From NCBI GenBank assembly GCA_040182905.1, contig JARQWU010000076.1, forward strand, positions 1-37,367: 37,367 bases of DNA, read 5' to 3'. Position 1 is the stretch's first letter; each line of letters begins with the position of its first letter. Positions 17,496 to 24,328 of the stretch are shown in pieces. This DNA comes from Barthelona sp. PAP020. Taxonomy: Eukaryota. Position numbers and translations under genes: made by a program. The notes below the pieces were generated by a model. It made no database searches. It was not told where the DNA came from and worked only from the letters and a program-made list of their open reading frames with translations.

Positions 17496-19001
17496 TTAAG
17501 CCATACCATCAAAAAGTGTGGAACCATCTTTAGTCTTGATACGTTTGCGACCATCAGGATACAAAGTTTCAGTTCTGTCATCAAAAATATTTTTGATTGT
17601 CCCATCTGTATATATTCTTTTCTTCATTCCATTTGCAAAGGATATCTCTTGTTGACCATTTGCAAAAACAACATGTCTTTTTCCATCAGAATCAATGGTT
17701 TGGGTGGTGCCATCTGGAAACCTACTTTTCTCCTTTCCATCCATCCATATTTCCTTTTCAGTTCCATCAGGAAAACGTATGAGCTTGGTTTGATCAGATT
17801 TATGAATTTCAATTTGACCATTGTGAAATTTAAAGATCTGGGTGTCATCGTTGTAGGTTACTTGAGTTGTGTCTACGTCTCTGTAATAATAAACAACTCT
17901 ATTAGTCGATAATACTAATTTCTTAACATCACCCTTTGAAAAGAACACATAAACAATGGAATTGGTGTAATCTTCTCCCGAAAAGCCATGTGCCTGAAAC
18001 CATGTGGTAGGAACGATTTCTTTGATGGTACCATTTGTGAATTCAATGATACGGCGTCTAAACGGTCCAAAAGTCTTTTCAATTTTACCATCATCATGAA
18101 CTTTTCTGGATAGCAATGTTTCATCTTGCAGAGGATTAATCCTTGGTTTTAAATTGGTCAAAATATCAACAGGATCAATGTAGAAAGGAGATGCCTTGAA
18201 ATCTACCGATTTCACATCTTTTTCAGCAATATTAACAACTTCTGAAAAAGCACTATTTTTATTTGTGTGCAAACTATGATTTTCGCTTTCATTCAAACGA
18301 TCATCTTGATCCAAAGAAGTTCCACTGACTTTTTCTTCAATTTTTGATTTATCTTCCTTCTTTGAACCTTTTTCAACTTTTGTAGGACTTTTATTGTTTA
18401 TTGTGGGTGTTTTATCCTTAGATTGCAATGCAGCATTTAAATCAGACTTCAAACGGTTATTTACAGCATTTAAACGAGAAATTCGTGTCTTATACAACTC
18501 TTCTTGCTCATTTAATTGTTGTTTTAATTGAGATATTTCCGATCTGCTCTCTCTTGTCTGATTTTGCTCTCTTAATTCTCTTAACTCATCATTAGCCTTC
18601 ACATTCAATTGTTTAAAATGAGAAACTTTACTATTTAACTCTGAAATTTCCTTTTCATGCAAACTTTGAATATTCTCAACTTTATCCTTTAATCTTTGAT
18701 TCTCGGTTTGCAATTCCTTATTTTTATTCATTAATTCATCCAGTAAATGATTGTTATCTTTAATTTTAGGGGTAACTTGAGGAACTTCCCCAAAGATTTG
18801 TTTGTGATTACGTGAATTCACAACAAAATTATTTGCAGGTTTAGTTGTAAGTAAACTCTTTTTGATCATGTTTTGAAATTGATTTTCAATGTTTTCGAAT
18901 TGTTCATTGGAAATGATATTATCAATGAAATTATCATGGTTTTTAATATTATAATATTGTATTAAAGACAAAATGATGATATTTTCATCTGTTGAAGCCA
19001 T
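17496..19001 (-). CDS. CENPJ: SAS-4/CENP-J (TCP10 C-terminal domain) centriole protein
   Basis: N-terminal coiled coil followed by the glycine-repeat TCP domain (IEFTNGTIKE, FSKGDVKK, VVYYYRDVDTTQVTY, FHNGQIEIH, FPDGT repeats, YPDGRKRIKTKDG). Confidence 0.85.
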   Translation of the reverse strand: MASTDENIIILSLIQYYNIKNHDNFIDNIISNEQFENIENQFQNMIKKSLLTTKPANNFVVNSRNHKQIFGEVPQVTPKIKDNNHLLDELMNKNKELQTENQRLKDKVENIQSLHEKEISELNSKVSHFKQLNVKANDELRELREQNQTRESRSEISQLKQQLNEQEELYKTRISRLNAVNNRLKSDLNAALQSKDKTPTINNKSPTKVEKGSKKEDKSKIEEKVSGTSLDQDDRLNESENHSLHTNKNSAFSEVVNIAEKDVKSVDFKASPFYIDPVDILTNLKPRINPLQDETLLSRKVHDDGKIEKTFGPFRRRIIEFTNGTIKEIVPTTWFQAHGFSGEDYTNSIVYVFFSKGDVKKLVLSTNRVVYYYRDVDTTQVTYNDDTQIFKFHNGQIEIHKSDQTKLIRFPDGTEKEIWMDGKEKSRFPDGTTQTIDSDGKRHVVFANGQQEISFANGMKKRIYTDGTIKNIFDDRTETLYPDGRKRIKTKDGSTLFDGMA

Positions 19002-19056
19002 TTAAAAACAATAATTAATAAAAAAAAGAAGGAATCAATTTTTTTTATAGAGCAAG

Positions 19057-20469
19057 ATGACGGAAGACAAAACTGATTATGAATATTTAATAATAGGCAC
19101 ACAACTTCCAGAAGCATTAATTTCAGCGAGTTGCAATTATCATGGCAATAATTGTTTTCATTATGATTTTAGTCGAAAATATTGTGGTTTATGTTGTTCT
19201 TTAACATATCATGAACTTTGTAATTTGTTAAAAAATAAAGAATTCACATTTGAAGATCAACAAAATATTTTGTATGAAAATAATGAAGTAAAATCTGATT
19301 TTATTTTGCCTGCTTTAAAGTTTCATGGTAATGTTGAAACGTTTATTGAAAATAATAATTTTTTAAACATGAGAGAAGTGTTTTCGATAGATTTAGCTCC
19401 ATCATTCACATTATGCAATTCACCTCTAATAAAATTCATTTTTAATACGAATGTTTCTTATCACATTAAATTTATGCATTCTGAACATATAAAAGTTACC
19501 AATGATTTAAATGAGTTTTCATCAATATTACAGAATCGAGGTGATGTTTTTAAATCAAAATTGAGTTTGCCTGCAAAACAACGATTTATGCAATTAGTAA
19601 GATTAATTCAGTCTGATGAAAATATTGACATGACGTTAGCGGAATATTTAGGGAATAGATTTTCGAAATTTGAAAAAGAATCCATTTATGCAATGTTAGA
19701 CATTACCAATGGTTTTAATATTAGTAAAAATAAGGATATATTGATGTTTGAATGTAAAGAACGAATAAAACGATTTGTAAGTTCGCTGGGACGATTTGGT
19801 GATTATCCTGCTTTGTACCCATGTTATGGTTTTGCTGATTTACCCCAGGGATTCATTCAAACTGCAGCATCATTTAATGGTACTGTTATTATGAATGGTA
19901 CAATTACAGTGAGTGAGAATAGTTTTGAAGTTAAAGATTATAATGGTAGCGAAATATTTAAATACGATAAAATGATTATTTCAACAGAACAATTACATTA
20001 CACTGACCTTGATAAAACTCTTGGAATTGAATTGATAGAAAGTGGAAAGATTTTTCGTATTGTTCTATTAACCAAAACAAAATTTATTGAAGAAACCAAT
20101 TTTTCCACTCAATTTTCTGTACAAAATGATTCGTTGCTAGAAAATGTTATGGGGATTCAGTTGACAAATGTGTGTAAATGTGTTGGCAAAGAATGGCTTT
20201 TGTATCATTTTGTGATGATGAACGAGCATGATTTGACAGTTATGCTAGAATTGATTCAAAACAAAATAGACATCAATGATTCATTATTGTTCAGTTTTGT
20301 GTTGAATGAATATGAAATTGATGAACAAACGTTACCAGAGAATGTTTTTGTTTTAAACACTAAATATTGTCGTGAAGGAAGCTTTTATTTTAACCAAGCA
20401 GTTAACCTTTATTCAAAGTTGGGATTTAATTCTGATGATTTTGCATTTTCTCATAAACAACAGGAATGA
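19057..20469 (+). CDS. Rab escort protein (REP/CHM, GDI superfamily)
   Basis: Motifs YEYLIIGTQLPEALIS, FSIDLAP and RGDVFKSKLSLPAKQRFM, plus the REP-type SLGRFGDYPALYPCYGFADLPQGF. Confidence 0.82.
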   Translation: MTEDKTDYEYLIIGTQLPEALISASCNYHGNNCFHYDFSRKYCGLCCSLTYHELCNLLKNKEFTFEDQQNILYENNEVKSDFILPALKFHGNVETFIENNNFLNMREVFSIDLAPSFTLCNSPLIKFIFNTNVSYHIKFMHSEHIKVTNDLNEFSSILQNRGDVFKSKLSLPAKQRFMQLVRLIQSDENIDMTLAEYLGNRFSKFEKESIYAMLDITNGFNISKNKDILMFECKERIKRFVSSLGRFGDYPALYPCYGFADLPQGFIQTAASFNGTVIMNGTITVSENSFEVKDYNGSEIFKYDKMIISTEQLHYTDLDKTLGIELIESGKIFRIVLLTKTKFIEETNFSTQFSVQNDSLLENVMGIQLTNVCKCVGKEWLLYHFVMMNEHDLTVMLELIQNKIDINDSLLFSFVLNEYEIDEQTLPENVFVLNTKYCREGSFYFNQAVNLYSKLGFNSDDFAFSHKQQE

Positions 20470-20544
20470 AATAAGAGAATTTCTTTGCGTACATAAAATG
20501 GTAAGTATCAGTATTGTTTCAAAACAATAATTTTTTTTTTTTTT

Positions 20545-20644
20545 TAAGAGTGTTCTGAACCATCCACGCAAAACGAACCAGTTTCAAGTACCCCCAAACT
20601 CTAACCGAGAACAATACAGATCTTTATAAGCATTTATTATTATT
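20545..20644 (+). repeat. Dispersed repeat, copy A (100 bp, lacks the distal GTCGTGTGA end)
   Basis: TAAGAGTGTTCTGAACCATCCACGCAAAACG...CAAGTACCCCCAAACTCTAACCGAGAACAAT...ATTTATTATTATT. Near-identical to 23372-23480 and inverted relative to 22731-22839. Confidence 0.92.
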
Positions 20645-20682
20645 ATTCAGCTAAAAAGAATTGATGATCAAAAACAAAATAT

Positions 20683-20931
20683 AATCATCCATTAAAATTT
20701 GGTAGTTGTCTTAAAGGTAGTACTCAAAGATATTTAACTTTGTTACACTTTGGTTTAATAGGTCAAGTACCATTACAGACTACTGAATTAAAAAGAGCAT
20801 TTCTAAATCCACCAGAAAATTGCTCATGTCTTGCTGATGAAACTTTTATTTCATTGTGGTTAGATAAAAAAATAAAACTGTCCCAAATACCACAAGAAAT
20901 CAAAAAAAACATCCAAAAAATAAAACCATAA
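20683..20931 (+). pseudogene. Degenerate hAT transposase dimerisation-domain-like relic
   Basis: The frame reads HPLKFG...QRYLTLLHFGLIGQVPLQTTELKRAFLNPPENCSCLADETFISLWL. This resembles the hAT C-terminal pattern PLxFW..YPxL..IP.S...ERxFS..RSRL..ET..L. There is no ATG. Confidence 0.4.
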
Positions 20932-21121
20932 AAAAATTATTTTTCTTTTAAGACCAGCACTTGAATGAAAAAAAAAAATTAAAAATGAGGCTTCTTTCAG
21001 ACAAAACAAGATTTAATCTCACAGTAATAATATGAAAAAAAAGTTTGAAAAAAAATTGACTGCTTGAAAAGAAAAAGAAATCTGTCTTTTTTTTTTCTTT
21101 TATCAATGCACCAATTTTAAA

Positions 21122-22414
21122 ATGGAGTCAGAAAAAGAAAACGTAAAAGAGAAAACCAAAGATTTAAATGAGATTGAAACTTTTTTTGAGGTTAAAAGTA
21201 TTGTTAATGTTGGAGAAAAAATTCATGAAATTTCAGGATTCTCTAACAGAATTCATTGTATTGATTTTTCGAATGATGGGAGTATATTTGTTGTTTGTGT
21301 TGATAATGATACTGAGGATGAATCAATGATGATTTTTGATTCAGAAACTTACACAAAAATTCACAATATTAAAGTAGATCGACCTTGGTACTGTTGTTTC
21401 TCTGCAGATAATCTATATTTAGCCATTTGTGATGATTCATTAAAAGTACACATTCATCGAAATGACCGCAGCAAAAATTTTGAATGGATTCAAACTTTGG
21501 ATGCTGACACTGAAACTTATTCTTTATGCTTCTCTAAAACAGATAGCAACATCCTCTTTTGTGGAAGCACGTCTGGAATGTTGACAAAGTTTGACATACA
21601 AAACGGAGAGAAATTGAACTCTTGTAAGCCAGTTAACGATCAATTTATTTGGCGAATTGATGTCAATCCCGAAAACACTTTACTTGCGGCAGGTAGTGGT
21701 GATAACAATCTGTATGTTGTTGATATGGAAAGCTTCAATTTAGCGTGGAGCGTATCTAATCACACAAGCTGTATCTGTTGTGTACAATTTAGCCATTCAG
21801 GGGAATTTCTCATCAGTTCTAGTGAAGATGGCCATGTCCATATGTATAGTGTCGCAACCCAAGAATTGATTCATTCTATGGATATAATCACAGAAGTTGG
21901 TGACAATGAAAACATTTTCATTGAATATGTGAAGTTTTTTTCAAAGGACAGACAAATTTTAGCTCTCACCCGAGGGAAATTTTTTATTATAGATGTGGCG
22001 ACTTTCAAAATTACACAGGTTATCGATGCAAACCTCGAATTAAATTATGTCGGTGTTGGAATTTCGAAGGATGAAACGCAAATTTTAGTCGGAAGAACAA
22101 ATGATTGTGCTTTAGATGTATATGCTACGAATTTGTTTGCAAATAATGGCTTGGAACAGGAAATTGATCAATTGATTAGTTTTTCCAGAAAGTACAATGG
22201 TGGAGTTATTCTTGCTGCAAAAAAGTATGAATACTTTCATACCAATTTCATTCGTACACTCGTCAATGCTGGTTTAGTTGTAAGGCAGGAAGAATTTGAT
22301 GATATCATCAATCTGGTATGGGATCTTGTGGAATGGAATGGACAGAACAATGGAAATTTAGAAGACTTCATGCAATTGGACACCAGTGATGATGAAATAA
22401 CTGATGATGATTGA
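21122..22414 (+). CDS. WD40 beta-propeller protein with a distinct helical, acidic C-terminal domain
   Basis: Repeated WD40-like blades (IHCIDFSNDG, CCFSADNLYLA, SLCFSKTD, LAAGSGDNNLYVVD, NHTSCICCVQFSHSGEFLISSSEDGHVHMY). Confidence 0.88.
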   Translation: MESEKENVKEKTKDLNEIETFFEVKSIVNVGEKIHEISGFSNRIHCIDFSNDGSIFVVCVDNDTEDESMMIFDSETYTKIHNIKVDRPWYCCFSADNLYLAICDDSLKVHIHRNDRSKNFEWIQTLDADTETYSLCFSKTDSNILFCGSTSGMLTKFDIQNGEKLNSCKPVNDQFIWRIDVNPENTLLAAGSGDNNLYVVDMESFNLAWSVSNHTSCICCVQFSHSGEFLISSSEDGHVHMYSVATQELIHSMDIITEVGDNENIFIEYVKFFSKDRQILALTRGKFFIIDVATFKITQVIDANLELNYVGVGISKDETQILVGRTNDCALDVYATNLFANNGLEQEIDQLISFSRKYNGGVILAAKKYEYFHTNFIRTLVNAGLVVRQEEFDDIINLVWDLVEWNGQNNGNLEDFMQLDTSDDEITDDD

Positions 22415-22730
22415 GTTTGAGTTTTCGTATGAAAGTGTTGAGTTTTTTCCTAACTTTCCCAGCACTCTTCATATTTTAAACTAAAAACATGATTATAAAA
22501 AATCAGTTTGCTGGTTCCAAAATTTCCAGCTTCATTTGTGTGCTCAAAGTAATCTCTATTCTGATATCAAGTTATCAAACATTATCAGTGAGGTTAGAAC
22601 ATACAGTTATATAATAGTTTATAAGACTTTAAGTATGGAGACACTGTTTCCAATCAGAATTATCTTAATTCGGAACACAAAGAAAGAACGTGAATTTGTT
22701 TGATTGATAAATGAGATCAAGTAAACAATT

Positions 22731-22839
22731 TCACACGACAATAATAATAAATGTTTATAAAGATCTTTATTGTTTTCGGTTAGAGTTTGGGGGTACTTGT
22801 CACTGGTCTGTTGTGGTAGATTGGTTCAGAACTCTCCTA
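22731..22839 (-). repeat. Dispersed repeat, copy B (109 bp, inverted orientation)
   Basis: Reverse complement reads TAGGAGAGTTCTGAACCAATCTACCACAACAGACCAGTGACAAGTACCCCCAAACTCTAACCG...TTATTATTATTGTCGTGTGA. Confidence 0.92.
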
Positions 22840-22955
22840 TTAAAAAAATGGAAGGTTCTTTCCCAGGGCGAAACTTAAACAAAATAGTGTTTGGAGCCGT
22901 TTAGAATATTCTTTACTTGACCTCATTTTTGTGAAGCGAAGCGGGCATTTCATAA

Positions 22956-23321
22956 GAGAGCAACAACAAGAAAATTTTTGGATGCGTTTGTGTCAGTCAA
23001 GCAAAACCCACAATATGCCAGTCTGTTTCCCTACGCCAAATCAACCAGTACCAGAGATTAATCCTACAAAGTTTTAGCCTGGAGCAAGAACTTTGCAGGA
23101 AAAGAGAAAAGAAAGTTTTCTGGTGCAGGAAAAACTTTCCCGCCACTTCTGAACAAGTTCGAATTTTAAAATTGGAAGATGTTATCAAATTAAACCAAAA
23201 TTTAAACATGGAGGATCAACAAAAGGCTGATTCTTTTTTTTTACAAAGAACATTCAGTTTACGAACCAAACTCAGATCACGAATTGAAAAACACCAACTA
23301 GCCAACCTTCTCATCCTATAA
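22956..23321 (+). pseudogene. Possible second hAT dimerisation-domain-like relic (121-codon open frame, no suitable start)
   Basis: Contains VFWCRKNFPATSEQVRIL and ends QRTFSLRTKLRSRIEKHQLANLLIL-TAA. It lies between inverted repeat copies B and C. Confidence 0.3.
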
Positions 23322-23371
23322 TCCTTGTAAAAGCTTTTATAATCATTTTCTGTTTTGCATCATGAATTTTT

Positions 23372-23480
23372 TAAGAGTGTTCTGAACCATCCACGCAAAA
23401 CGACTCAGTTGCAAGTACCCCCAAACTCTAACCGAGAACAATAAAGATCTTTATAAATATTTATTATTATTGTCGTGTGA
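23372..23480 (+). repeat. Dispersed repeat, copy C (109 bp)
   Basis: TAAGAGTGTTCTGAACCATCCACGCAAAACGACTCAGTTGCAAGTACCCCCAAACTCTAACCGAGAACAATAAAGATCTTTATAAATATTTATTATTATTGTCGTGTGA. Confidence 0.92.
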
Positions 23481-23570
23481 ATTAAAGCCTTTAATTTTGC
23501 CCTTTCGTTTAACGTGAATTATTGTTTTGTAAAAATAGAGACTCGATCCTTGACCTTGTGTCTTTTAAGG

Positions 23571-23575
23571 AAAAA
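23571..23575 (-). terminator. RNA polymerase III terminator (T5) after tRNA-Leu
   Basis: TTTTT immediately follows the tRNA discriminator base on the minus strand. Confidence 0.7.
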
Positions 23576-23657
23576 TGCAAGCGGTGGGGCTCGAACCCAC
23601 GAACCACTCGGGACTGGGGCTTAAATCCAGCGACGTTGACCACTTGTCTACGCTTGC
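23576..23657 (-). tRNA. trnL-UAA: tRNA-Leu(TAA), 82 nt, no intron
   Basis: Acceptor GCAAGCG/CGCTTGC plus discriminator A; D arm GAC..TGG..GTC; anticodon loop TT-TAA-GC; long variable arm; T arm GTGGG-TTCGAGC-CCCAC. Confidence 0.95.
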
Positions 23658-24328
23658 ATAAATGTATTTTTTTCTTTTTCCAGTAATTAATATAAACTAT
23701 GAAAGCAATGAATCAAAAAAGAAAATTTTTTCATCAAATTTCTTCAATTAAGGAAATTATTTTCAAGTTAAGAAGCACTGTACGTATAAGTGAATAAAAA
23801 TGAATAGTGTTTGTTTGGTTAAAGGCTTTCGAAGCCCCATTGATCTTTTGAAAAACTTTAGATTTACTAAGGTAAAGTTTAGACTTTAATATTTTGCTTT
23901 TGCAAAAACACAAAAAAATAGTATTGAAGAATTTCTCCGAAATTCTCCTACTTGATCGTTCCAATTACATTTCAGTCCCTCAATTCCCCCCCTCCCCCTC
24001 TTGGGATTTTGACTGAAATTTGCTAGAATGAGTTTTCTGAGTTTACTTGCTTTGCAAATAAATATAGTTGTTTCACAACTGGACCAATTGATGGCAATTT
24101 GATTTTATGGATAAATTATGAAAATTTGAAAAAATGACAGAATGAAGTAAGTATCAAAAGTTTTGATGATGTATTTATCCTTTTTCTATTTGAATATTCA
24201 CTATTCACTCTCATTCAAAACACTCTGACGTTTTTTAATCTTAAAATAAAAAAGAAATAGAAAAAAAAGACTATTTTTATGGTGTTAACACAATAAACAA
24301 CAAGACGAATCAATAACAGAAAAAAAAT

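Noticed and set aside
20498..20629. ATG followed by GTAAGT...T-tract-AAG, a possible spliced micro-gene reading into repeat copy A (MSVLNHPRK...)
   Set aside because: No CTAAC branch site like the two supported introns, a product under 30 aa, and no equivalent start at the other repeat copies.
20537..22847. 8-bp hAT-type target-site duplication around copies A-B
   Set aside because: The flanks are TTTTTTTT and TTAAAAAA and do not match.
20545..23480. CRISPR-like array or tRNA-derived identity for the repeat (GGTTCAGAAC resembles a B box)
   Set aside because: Copies are ~100 bp, far apart and in mixed orientation, with no spacer periodicity. No cloverleaf or A box could be built.
22997..23964. 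Short minus-strand ORFs 22997-23209 and 23734-23964
   Set aside because: No recognisable motifs, and they lie in degenerate intergenic or mobile DNA.
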